Notes: generated from the sequence alone by a model not told the origin. Shown: positions 8,409 through 16,853, counted from the first letter of the stretch. The stretch is DNA of 16,896 nucleotides from an uncultured Deferribacteres bacterium (GCA_964014485.1 CAXHAT010000171.1:1-16896); one strand, 5' to 3'. Made by a program: numbers and translations.

Positions 8409-8453
8409 TTTAAATGAAAATGCAAAACTGAAGTTTTGAACTCCAGGCTTTCA

Positions 8454-9569
8454 TCAAGCCCCTTCCACTTCGCGCCAGACGCGCAGAACGTTCCCGCCCA
8501 GAATATTCGTAACAGCTTGCTCGTCATAACCGCGCTCCAGCAGAGCATGCGTTATATTGGGCAACATGCTGACGTCGTCCACGCCGGTCGGCACATGATC
8601 AACGCCGTCGTAATCCGAGCCCAGCCCGACAAATTCAGGCCCGACCATCTGAACAATGTGGTCGATGTGGGCGATAAGATCGTCTAAAACAGGCTCCGGC
8701 AAAGGCGATTTTTTATTGAGTTCCGCCCATAGTTTATCCCACTGATTGATGTCGTTGTCATGGTCGTCGCGAATGGCTTCGAACACTTCCTTGCTCCGTT
8801 CAGCCCACTCCGGCTGCAAAAAAGCGGAGCCGAAATTGATGTTGACCATGCCGCCGTGCTCCGCCGTAGCGCGAATCATTTCATCGGTCATATTGCGCGG
8901 CATGTCGGCCAACGCGCGAGCGGAACTATGCGTCGCCATTATCGGCGCGACGGAGGTTTCGAGCACGTCCCAAAACGCTTTGTCGGAGATGTGCGAAACG
9001 TCGACGATCATGCCTGTCTTGTTCATTTCGCGCACCATTTCCTTGCCTAAATCGCTCAAGCCGTTCCAGCGTGCGTGGTCGGTGGAAGAGTCGGTCAAAT
9101 CGTTTGTGTTGACGTGCGTCAACGTCATGTAGCGGACTCCGAGTCTGTACATCATGTGCAGCGCGCCGATGCTGTTTTCGAGCGCATGGCCGCCTTCCAG
9201 CGCCAGCACGCCCGCAATTTTTCCGGCTCTTTTTAGTGTCAGAACTTCTGACGGAGATCGTGCGAGCGCAATTTCCCCCGGGTTTTGATCAATCGTGTCG
9301 AGCACAACGCGGATCATTTCCAACGCGCGCTTCAGACCGCCGTTTTTGGCGTATGCGCCGGCCACGTAAATCGCGAGAAATTGTACGTCCAGGCCGCCTT
9401 CGCGCATGCGCGGTAAATCTTCATGGCCGTCATCGCGACGTTTGGAAATATCGACGTTTTCATCCAACATGCGAAACGGCAAATCCGAGTGCATGTCGAT
9501 GACCACGGCGCGTTGGTGCAATTCGCGGGAATGTCGCCAGGCGTCGCCGTTCAAATTTACATTTTTCAT
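8454..9569 (-). CDS. Membrane dipeptidase / renal dipeptidase family (peptidase M19)
   Basis: Motifs DMHSD, DLPRMREGG, LALEGG, YMTLTH, IVDVSH, THS, RNMTDE and VGLGSDYDG. No signal peptide evident. Confidence 0.95.
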   Translation of the reverse strand: MKNVNLNGDAWRHSRELHQRAVVIDMHSDLPFRMLDENVDISKRRDDGHEDLPRMREGGLDVQFLAIYVAGAYAKNGGLKRALEMIRVVLDTIDQNPGEIALARSPSEVLTLKRAGKIAGVLALEGGHALENSIGALHMMYRLGVRYMTLTHVNTNDLTDSSTDHARWNGLSDLGKEMVREMNKTGMIVDVSHISDKAFWDVLETSVAPIMATHSSARALADMPRNMTDEMIRATAEHGGMVNINFGSAFLQPEWAERSKEVFEAIRDDHDNDINQWDKLWAELNKKSPLPEPVLDDLIAHIDHIVQMVGPEFVGLGSDYDGVDHVPTGVDDVSMLPNITHALLERGYDEQAVTNILGGNVLRVWREVEGA

Positions 9570-9641
9570 TATTCGCGTCTTGTTTTCGAGGGGCGGTCAG
9601 CCAACCAACCGCATTCCGGAGAGATTTGCTTGGGAAATAAC

Positions 9642-9763
9642 CGGGCTGTCTAAAAACATGGTCTCTGAATGCAAGGCATACAACATGTCGTAGGGGTTCA
9701 AAATTTTGAACCCCTACATGTGGTGTGGCACATCAAAAACATTATGTTTTGAGACAACCCCGA
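9642..9763. mobile_element. ~120-bp MITE/REP-like element B2 with perfect 28-bp GTAG palindrome and imperfect terminal IRs
   Basis: GTAGGGGTTCAAAATTTTGAACCCCTAC (9690-9717) is a perfect palindrome. GGGCTGTCTAAAAACAT (9643-9659) vs reverse complement of 9744-9760 GGGTTGTCTCAAAACAT (15/17). Confidence 0.75.
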
Positions 9764-9801
9764 TTGCTCGAGTTGTCGTTATTGCAGCGCCCTGAAGATT
9801 G

Positions 9802-11583
9802 CTACGAGACGAGAAACAGCATCGCCAAAATAACGGCGACGATGCAAGTCAATGCGTGCAAAATCAGGGAGGTCTTGGTCTGACAACAGTTCTTAGACCA
9901 TTGCAAAGCGAGATAGCCGCCTACGCCCAGGATCGCGACAATCAAAACCCACCAGGAGAAGCCGCAACATCCGCTGATAATCATGGCTAAAACGCCGCCA
10001 GTTATCAGGACGACCCAAAGCACGCCTTGCCAACCGCAATTGTCTGGCGGGCAGCCGTGTCTTTCGCCGATTGTTCGCCAAAAGTAGGCCGCGACGCCGG
10101 TCAGCACGCCGAAAACGAAGAACCAGGCCAGCTTGGAGTCACCGCCAAACGTTACGACCAACGCGCTGAAGGTCAAGCCGCCCAGCAATGCAACAAGAAG
10201 CGGAAGCAATCTGCACATCATTGGAACGATTGGAGCGGATACGGAAACCTGTGTTTTTTTAGTAGACGCCGCGCAGTCGCCCGGCCCTTGCGATTCCGCC
10301 GTGACTTCATAGGTCGCGGAGCCTTTTTTCGGCAGCGCATATTCATGCGTGACGGTTTCCGAAGTTGTTGTGGCAAGAGCGCCGTCGCCGAATTTCCATT
10401 CGTAACGGTTTGGCGGGCCGCCGGTCGTTTCCGCCTTAAATTCGAAAGCTGCACGCTCGGCGCCCGCCGCTCTCGGCATTTCCTGACTGGTAATGGCGTT
10501 AATGGTCGGACAGTCTTCGCAAGGAGAGAAGCCGGAAAGATCCGCTTCAACACAGCTTTCTTCGCAACCTTCGGGGCCGCTGACGCAAAGCTTTGGCGCT
10601 TGCTCGGGTTTTTCGTTGTACAAATGCTCGAGGCTCGCGGGCGACGCGCCGTTGCCGGATGTGGTTTGTCCGTCGCCAAAATCAAAAGTCCAGCTTGTCG
10701 GATCGTCTCCTGAAAAGCCGAAGCCAAAAGTGACTTTACGTTTTTGAACGCCGTCATCGTCCTGGCAATCGCCGTAAGTGACTCGAATTTCATCCAGCAC
10801 AGGACAATTCAAACATCCGATCCCGGCGAATTCGCTCGCTTCTATTTCCTTGCTGTCCGCGGCGCAGCGACCGTCGGAACTGGTGACGGTAAACTTCGGG
10901 TTGCTCTCCGGCGGCTTGGCGTAATGGTGATCCACCGTTGAAGGCGGAGCGCCGTTTCCTGAAGCGGATTCGCCGTCGCCAAATTGCCATTCCCAAGTTG
11001 CCGGTTCCGCATCGTTGTCAAGCTCGGCGGAAAAAGTCACTTTTTGCTTTTGCTGCGGCGGATCGCCGACGGCTTCACATTCGCCGATTTCAAAACCGAC
11101 GGAAATGACGCCGGGGCAAAACAACGTTAGCTTCAGCGGTTCTGAGCTGTGCGGAAAGCCGCTGCGTTCTTTGTACACCCCAATGAAAGTCCAGCCGGAA
11201 CCGGAACCTTCTTCATTCAGGCTGTTGTGCGGCGGTTCCACGTCCAGCGTCCAATCTTCTTTAAGCGTTTTTGCGCCGCCGTTCGCCAGGCCGAATTCCG
11301 GATCGGCGGCAACCCCGAAAACGTTCGTTGTTGTACCGCCGTCTGCATCATTAAAAAAATAGCCGCCCAGAATCTCAAAAAACTGGAGGCGGCTCGTCAC
11401 TTCCGCGTTTGCGGCGGAGATAAAAAGTCCAGGCAAATCATTGACGTCGAACTCCCCTTCCGCCGGGGCGTCGCTGATTGTAAAAATCGCGGCGAACTCC
11501 GCGCCGCCTTCTTTGAAAATCCGGCCGGAAGTGACTCCGGGGCGTTCCACGAATCCCTCAGGCACGGGACGATTTTGTACCAT
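9802..11583 (-). CDS. Cys-rich protein with three PKD-like domains and a C-terminal ~5-TM membrane domain
   Basis: WEWQFGDG...VDHHY, WTFDFGDG...LEHLY and YEWKFGDG...VTHEY. Hydrophobic C-terminal ~135 aa. Start moved from TTG 11598 to ATG 11583 because GGAGG lies 8 nt upstream of that ATG. Confidence 0.8.
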   Translation of the reverse strand: MVQNRPVPEGFVERPGVTSGRIFKEGGAEFAAIFTISDAPAEGEFDVNDLPGLFISAANAEVTSRLQFFEILGGYFFNDADGGTTTNVFGVAADPEFGLANGGAKTLKEDWTLDVEPPHNSLNEEGSGSGWTFIGVYKERSGFPHSSEPLKLTLFCPGVISVGFEIGECEAVGDPPQQKQKVTFSAELDNDAEPATWEWQFGDGESASGNGAPPSTVDHHYAKPPESNPKFTVTSSDGRCAADSKEIEASEFAGIGCLNCPVLDEIRVTYGDCQDDDGVQKRKVTFGFGFSGDDPTSWTFDFGDGQTTSGNGASPASLEHLYNEKPEQAPKLCVSGPEGCEESCVEADLSGFSPCEDCPTINAITSQEMPRAAGAERAAFEFKAETTGGPPNRYEWKFGDGALATTTSETVTHEYALPKKGSATYEVTAESQGPGDCAASTKKTQVSVSAPIVPMMCRLLPLLVALLGGLTFSALVVTFGGDSKLAWFFVFGVLTGVAAYFWRTIGERHGCPPDNCGWQGVLWVVLITGGVLAMIISGCCGFSWWVLIVAILGVGGYLALQWSKNCCQTKTSLILHALTCIVAVILAMLFLVS

Positions 11584-11740
11584 TATAACGTCCTCCAAAA
11601 TGATGTGGTTGGTTTCGGGGGCAATGCCTCGTCCCCGGGTGGTTTAAAAAAATTAAAGCTTTTGAGCGCAGGGCTTTTGAATAGATCAAACGCCTTCTGG
11701 TTTGGAATATTGAGTGACTGCAAAAAACGTTGTTGCGTTG

Positions 11741-13156
11741 TCAGCGTAACAGCTCGTTTTCAAGTTCAACAGCAGCGGATCGAATGACTTCAAAGGCGTG
11801 GTCAATTTGGGCTTGGTGCGTTCGGAAACTGAGAATGCAAGCTCGGATAACAAATTTGCCGTTCAGAAGCGTGCTAGAAAGAAAAAGTCGTTTACTGCGG
11901 TTGATTTTTTTCATCAACGTCTGATTGAATTGATCGACGTCGCCTTTTTTCGGCGTGTAGCGAAAAGCGATGACGGACAAGTCCGGCGGCGAAAGCACTT
12001 CAAAACCCGGCGACTCAAGGAATTTTTTGTGGAGAAAATCGGTCAACGAAAGTTTTTCCGCCAAATTCTCCTGAAACGCTCTAACGCCGTAGAGCTTGAG
12101 CGGCAGCCACACGCTGAGCCCGCGAAAAGGGCGCGACAATTCCGGCGAATACTCGGCAAAATTCCATTCTCCGGGCGGCGTGTACTGGTCTTGTAAATAA
12201 TCAGCGGTCAGCATGTGCGCCTTACGCAGTTTTTCACCGTTTCGTACAAGCAGGCAGCCAGTGCCGTAAGGTAAGAACAAACCTTTGTGCGGATCAAGCA
12301 CAAGCGAATCGGCCAAGTGTATACCCCGCAATCTTGCCTTGCCTTCTTCGCAAAAATAAAAGAAGCCGCCGTATGCGCCATCAATATGGTACCAGCAATT
12401 GTGTTTGCGACTGATTTTCGCAAGTTCCGGCAAGGGATCGACGGCGCCGGTGTTTGTCGTCCCGGCATTGGCGGTGATGCAAAACGGTTTCAAGCCTTTG
12501 GCCAAATCTTCTTGGATCGCCTGTTCAAAAAGCGCCGGAATTGCGCGAAAATTTTCATCGACCTCCAGAAGCCGAATATTTTTTTCCGGAATGCCGGCCA
12601 GCATGGCTGATTTCATCACGGCGTGGTGCGTCTGGTTCGAAGCGTAGAGAACGCCGTCCGCTATTTCATCGCCAAGCTTGTCTTTGCGCGCCGTAACAAT
12701 TGCGCTGAAGGTTGCGAGCGATCCGCCGCTAGTAAAAATTCCGCGCGTCGTTGGCGGCATGTCCATCAATTTTGCAAACCATTCCAGCACGTTTGCTTCA
12801 AGCCTGGCCAATGTTGGCCCGGCGTACCATACGCCGACATATCTGTTGGTCGCTGACGCCAAAAAATCCGCGACGGCGGAAGGATAAAGCCCGCCTCCGG
12901 GAATGTAGCCGAGATAGTCGGGATGCGCGGTATTGATGGAGTAGGGGATGACGTTACGAACAAGGAAATCCAACAGATTTTCAAACGAGTTGGGTTCGAA
13001 AGGAACAACGTCTTTAAGGTGTTTGACGATTTCAGGGCCAAATTCAATGTCGGAGCGGGGCGCGTCTTGCAGCGCGACGATGTGGTCGATAACGGCGCGC
13101 AGCGTTTGTTCCCCCATGCGCGTCATTTCTTCAGGAGAAAGTTCTAAATCCGTCAT
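11741..13156 (-). CDS. Group II PLP-dependent decarboxylase (aromatic-L-amino-acid decarboxylase-like)
   Basis: HPDYLGYIP, FTSGGSLA, SNQTHHAV, AGTTNTGAVD, HIDGAYGG, PLP-Lys motif DSLVLDPHKGL, ELSRPFRGL. The ATG lies 3 bp after the upstream stop. Confidence 0.93.
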   Translation of the reverse strand: MTDLELSPEEMTRMGEQTLRAVIDHIVALQDAPRSDIEFGPEIVKHLKDVVPFEPNSFENLLDFLVRNVIPYSINTAHPDYLGYIPGGGLYPSAVADFLASATNRYVGVWYAGPTLARLEANVLEWFAKLMDMPPTTRGIFTSGGSLATFSAIVTARKDKLGDEIADGVLYASNQTHHAVMKSAMLAGIPEKNIRLLEVDENFRAIPALFEQAIQEDLAKGLKPFCITANAGTTNTGAVDPLPELAKISRKHNCWYHIDGAYGGFFYFCEEGKARLRGIHLADSLVLDPHKGLFLPYGTGCLLVRNGEKLRKAHMLTADYLQDQYTPPGEWNFAEYSPELSRPFRGLSVWLPLKLYGVRAFQENLAEKLSLTDFLHKKFLESPGFEVLSPPDLSVIAFRYTPKKGDVDQFNQTLMKKINRSKRLFLSSTLLNGKFVIRACILSFRTHQAQIDHAFEVIRSAAVELENELLR

Positions 13157-13159
13157 TTG

Positions 13160-14095
13160 TTATCCTGTCATCGCATCGCAGAGCGCGGTTTGGCTGGCGT
13201 AGAACAGACTGCGCACCCAGATTCTTGCGATGATGTAAAGTTGTCCTAATCCGAAGGCGATGATCAACGCCGTAACGGTTTCCTGCTTGGCGCCCGGGGC
13301 AAAAATCCAATAGACGATCATGGCCAAAAGCCAGACGCCGCCGACTGTGAAATAAAGTCCGGCTGTTTTTTTGAAATTTGCGAAAACAAGCCCGACTGCT
13401 GAAACCAGAGCCGCGAAGACGTTTTTTCTATTTTGCAGAACAGTCAAAATTTTGCAATAGTCGAAAACAATATTGACGGCCCAGATAAGCGACCACAATA
13501 TCAGGTATTGGAGAACGGTCAGGAAAAAATGGAACCGTTCGTCTAACGTTTCGGAAGTCAGGTTGTTGACGACGTCCGTTAAAAAGGGCGAGAGAAATGC
13601 GAAGATCGCACCGTAGAAAATCAAACCAGTGGACGTGATGACAAAAAATCGTGAGAAGTAAGTCGCCGCAGCCTGCAAAAAACTCAGGTTGTAATTTTCT
13701 TCGGGGATTTTTCCAATGAATCCCGAGGCCCAAAATGACCAGAAAAAAAGGTACAGCAAGCCGATGAAAAGTAGAACTGGCGGGGCTTCCCCAATGCCGT
13801 TCCGTACGAAATCGTCGAAGCTGTCAAATACGGCCCCCATACCGGTGACGCTTGGCGAAAAGGTGGCGCTCAAGTCGGACGCGTCATTGGAAAAATTTTG
13901 ATACCAGCCGCCGTCAAAACCGGAATTCATATTCTGAGCCGTCAAGCTTGAGCCAAGGGAGTCTTCAATTTCAGTGAGCACGGCGAAGCTGGGGCCAAGC
14001 ACGAAAAAAACGCTGGTGAACCAGGCAAAGAAAATGTAGCGTTTGGTTTTTACCGTCGTCGCAAGCCCTTGCTTAAGGGCGCTCTTAATCGTCAT
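13160..14095 (-). CDS. Uncharacterised integral membrane protein (~6 TM segments)
   Basis: 311-aa ORF with multiple hydrophobic stretches and a polar loop after TM1. Gaps of 6 bp and 3 bp to its neighbours. Confidence 0.8.
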   Translation of the reverse strand: MTIKSALKQGLATTVKTKRYIFFAWFTSVFFVLGPSFAVLTEIEDSLGSSLTAQNMNSGFDGGWYQNFSNDASDLSATFSPSVTGMGAVFDSFDDFVRNGIGEAPPVLLFIGLLYLFFWSFWASGFIGKIPEENYNLSFLQAAATYFSRFFVITSTGLIFYGAIFAFLSPFLTDVVNNLTSETLDERFHFFLTVLQYLILWSLIWAVNIVFDYCKILTVLQNRKNVFAALVSAVGLVFANFKKTAGLYFTVGGVWLLAMIVYWIFAPGAKQETVTALIIAFGLGQLYIIARIWVRSLFYASQTALCDAMTG

Positions 14096-14101
14096 CAGTT
14101 T

Positions 14102-16186
14102 TTACCCGAAAAATGCAAAGAATTCCAAAACATTTTGCAGCCAGAACATCCATTTTGCTCCCCACTTCGTTGCCGCACGACGAGCCTGCGGTCGCCGCGT
14201 CCATGAATTATTCGCGTAGTTGACGTCTAAGGTAAGATAATGGTTCGGATCGACCTCGACCGTTTCGATGCGCCCCGATTTTGTGTAAGAAAACCGCGTC
14301 CATCGGTCTCTTCCGTCCCATTGCTCGTAGGTCGTCTCTCCGTTCGAAAAAGTGATGCGGACGTCAACCGGGAAAATGCCCTCGCCCCAGCGACGAATGA
14401 TGGCCGAAGATCGAAATAATTGCTGCGCCGTGCTGTCAGCTTCCCGCCCTTCCTCGAAAACAAATTCACTATTGTCCGCCGAATAGCCGCGCGCCGGTTG
14501 AACCGCCTTGTTGTTCACGGCGCCGACGGCGTAATCGAAAACGACGGTGTTGTCCCAGACTTGATCGAAATACCAAGCCATGTCCTCGCCGGTGATTTCC
14601 GTTACAATGGCGAAAAAATCTTCCGGTTTTGGATGTTTAAATCTCCAGCGCTCAAAGTAGGTCGTCAAAACCTGATGAAACCTTTCCCAGCCAAAATAAT
14701 TTTCTAACGTGCGCAAAATGAGCGCCGGCTTGGTGTAAGAGTTCAGGCCGTAGGAACCCGGGCCGTGCCGCCATGAATCCGCAGACATCGGATCGCGCTT
14801 CCAGGCGGAGCGCAAGCCGTCGTACGCGTCGGCGCCGTCCGTTCTCTCCGGCATATTGACGCTTGGAAAAACAACGGGTAAAAAGCCGTGAAAATATCTT
14901 TTGGTATAAACCGGGTTCGGGTAGGCCGCTTGCATCGTGCGCGTAGTGAAGTAGGTGTTGAAGCCTTCGTCCAGCCAAGCGTGCTCAAATTCATTGTTTG
15001 CAACCAGGCCATACCAGAATTGATGCCCGGCTTCATGAACTGTGACGCCTTCCGGCGAACGAGCTTCTAACGGCGAAAGCCACCGCGTGCCGCCGGTAAA
15101 AAACGTCGGGTATTCCATGCCGCCTGTGCGGGAACGATAGGCTGGATCGACGATGGTGACGTGCCCATAAGGATAAGCGCCCGCCCAAAGACCATAGTAT
15201 TCAAGAGCCGCTTCCGTCGCGGCAAAGTAGCGCTCTTTTTTAGATGCGTGATCTGGCATGAGCAACAGCCGCATGTCAACCGAAGGAAGGACGGGGTGCT
15301 CGAAACGTTTTTCATGGACGGAAAAATGCGGACTTGCCGTCCAGGCAAATTCGTGAACGTCGCGCTGGAAAAACTGGTGCGTTATCTCGCCGCTGTCGAG
15401 GCTGTCCGTCGCGATTTCACGACCGGTTGCTCCAACAACCCAGCCTTCCGGGGTTGTGATGGAAACGTCATAGACGCCAAAATCAGCATAGTATTCAGTT
15501 TGAATATATTGACGGCAGTTCCATTGGCCGTTTGGCTCGAAGACGCCGATTTTGGGAAACCAATGAGCCAAAAAAAAGTAGTCGCTGCGCGCCCCGACAC
15601 GACGAAAAGTTTTTGGGACCTTGGTTCTAAATTGAAATTCGATCTGAATTGTATCACCGGGGAGGACGGGGCGATCTAACGGCAGTTGTAAAACAGTCTT
15701 ATCTGCGGGGTTGCCGTCGTCAGGCTGAATATAGCGGAGAGCGTTGGTAACGTCTTGATGCGTGCGATTGGTTGAAGGCAAAACCTGCATCGAATCAATA
15801 TGAACAAATGCCCAATCGCTTTCTTTGAAATCGGAGAAATTGTAGTTGCTGTGCCGAACTGAGTTGAGAAAAGAACTTTGCGTGTTCAGCCAAGCGTTGA
15901 AATACATGTGGAAGCGGAGATCGGGCGCCGGGAAACTGGTGATGTTGCGCCAGGTGAGGATTGCGGAGCCGCTGATCATGCGCGATTCCGGCTCTAACCG
16001 AACCTGCATAACGTAATTCGCATTTGCAGGACTCAAAGTGAGAGAGTCGGCGGCGTTTTCCGTTGACGCTCTCAGGCTTAAAACGCAGAGAAAAATGGAA
16101 AAACCAAGCAGAGTTTTGATCAAAGTTTTTTTGCGAACCGTTGAAGCCTGAAGAGACGCGGTCTGCACAAAACTCTCACCCTCCAT
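14102..16186 (-). CDS. M1-family zinc metallopeptidase (gluzincin), exported
   Basis: GGMEYP exopeptidase motif and HEAGHQFW...WLDEG (HExxH-x18-E). Signal-like RKKTLIKTLLGFSIFLCVLSLRA. Start is likely ATG 16186 (GAGGGAG upstream) or GTG 16168 rather than TTG 16204. Confidence 0.93.
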   Translation of the reverse strand: MEGESFVQTASLQASTVRKKTLIKTLLGFSIFLCVLSLRASTENAADSLTLSPANANYVMQVRLEPESRMISGSAILTWRNITSFPAPDLRFHMYFNAWLNTQSSFLNSVRHSNYNFSDFKESDWAFVHIDSMQVLPSTNRTHQDVTNALRYIQPDDGNPADKTVLQLPLDRPVLPGDTIQIEFQFRTKVPKTFRRVGARSDYFFLAHWFPKIGVFEPNGQWNCRQYIQTEYYADFGVYDVSITTPEGWVVGATGREIATDSLDSGEITHQFFQRDVHEFAWTASPHFSVHEKRFEHPVLPSVDMRLLLMPDHASKKERYFAATEAALEYYGLWAGAYPYGHVTIVDPAYRSRTGGMEYPTFFTGGTRWLSPLEARSPEGVTVHEAGHQFWYGLVANNEFEHAWLDEGFNTYFTTRTMQAAYPNPVYTKRYFHGFLPVVFPSVNMPERTDGADAYDGLRSAWKRDPMSADSWRHGPGSYGLNSYTKPALILRTLENYFGWERFHQVLTTYFERWRFKHPKPEDFFAIVTEITGEDMAWYFDQVWDNTVVFDYAVGAVNNKAVQPARGYSADNSEFVFEEGREADSTAQQLFRSSAIIRRWGEGIFPVDVRITFSNGETTYEQWDGRDRWTRFSYTKSGRIETVEVDPNHYLTLDVNYANNSWTRRPQARRAATKWGAKWMFWLQNVLEFFAFFG

Positions 16187-16330
16187 ACCTATGCTCCCTC
16201 TCAATTAAAAACGACATACTTCGCTCGCGGGAGAGTAGAAATTTAGCAAAGCGTTCGCAAAAACTTCCGAACGGAATAGCGCCGCGAGACAGATTTTGGG
16301 CTTTTGAAGACCCTTCCGGCAATCTGGATT

Positions 16331-16360
16331 ATTTTATTTTGAAACCTTTTGCAAACGCAA
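16331..16360 (-). promoter_or_regulatory. Possible sigma70-type promoter for the M1 peptidase operon
   Basis: Minus strand TTGCGT (16360-16355), 18-nt spacer, TAAAAT (16336-16331). Confidence 0.3.
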
Positions 16361-16404
16361 GCATTTATCAGTCAAATGCACTCAGGAACCAGGTTATTTA
16401 AAGT

Positions 16405-16433
16405 TTGACTTTTTTTTGTTTATTGGCTATACT
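16405..16433 (+). promoter_or_regulatory. Near-consensus sigma70 promoter for the ExbB/TolQ gene
   Basis: TTGACT (16405-16410), 17-nt spacer, TATACT (16428-16433), with 5/6 matches in each box. Confidence 0.7.
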
Positions 16434-16502
16434 CGCGACCATCTTACTCAAAGTTACGGTTTATTAACCAGAACATTCATCAAATTTCGGAGGGAATGAC
16501 GG

Positions 16503-16853
16503 GTGAACATTCAACAGATTTACTGGGACGGCGGGGGAATGATGCACGCTATTCTTACTTTGCTGATTATCGGTCTTGCGATTAGCATTGAACGTCTTTG
16601 GACGTTGGCCAGAGCTTCCGTCAACAACAGAAAATTCTTGGCGAGAATCAAGGAAGCGCTTTCAGAAGGCGGCGTAGAGCAAGCAACTGAAGTATGCGCA
16701 AATACCCGCGGCCCGGTAGCATCGATTTTTCATGCCGGTTTGCTTAGAGTTGATCGCGGCATCGAGCATGTCGAAAAGGCTGTCATGAACGCCGGTTCCG
16801 TTGAAATGGCCTTTCTCGAAAAGAATCTCATTTGGCTCGCAACGGTGATCGCG
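16503..16853 (+). CDS. MotA/TolQ/ExbB proton-channel family protein, 3'-truncated (absent from the ORF track)
   Basis: GGAGG at 16489-16493 and GTG at 16503. Hand translation: MNIQQIYWDGGGMMHAILTLLIIGLAISIERLWTL...GPVASIFHAGLLRVDRGIEHVEKAVMNAGSVEMAFLEKNLIWLATVIA, running into the adapter. Confidence 0.88.

Larger units (their letters stand above)
8014..8445. repeat. Outer inverted pair of REP-like hairpins enclosing the intergenic elements
   Basis: 8014-8037 TGGAGTGCAACGCTTCAGCTTTGC vs reverse complement of 8422-8445 TGGAGTTCAAAACTTCAGTTTTGC (20/24). Each unit is itself a hairpin around CTTCAG. Confidence 0.7.

Noticed and set aside
7997..8453. CRISPR array, integron attC array or tRNA in the structured intergenic region
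   Set aside because: There are no regularly spaced direct repeats with unique spacers, no cas or integrase gene, and no tRNA T-loop/CCA signature. The 11-bp IR contains GTTAC/GTAAC but not the inward RYYYAAC...GTTRRRY arrangement of an attC site.
11584..11740. Riboswitch or leader upstream of the PKD gene (CGGGG...CCCCG hairpin near 11616-11637)
   Set aside because: Only a short imperfect stem with no recognisable aptamer motif.
15570..15577. A8 homopolymer in the M1 gene as a phase-variation site
   Set aside because: It is short, in frame (encodes Phe-Phe-Leu), and such runs are common in this sequence.
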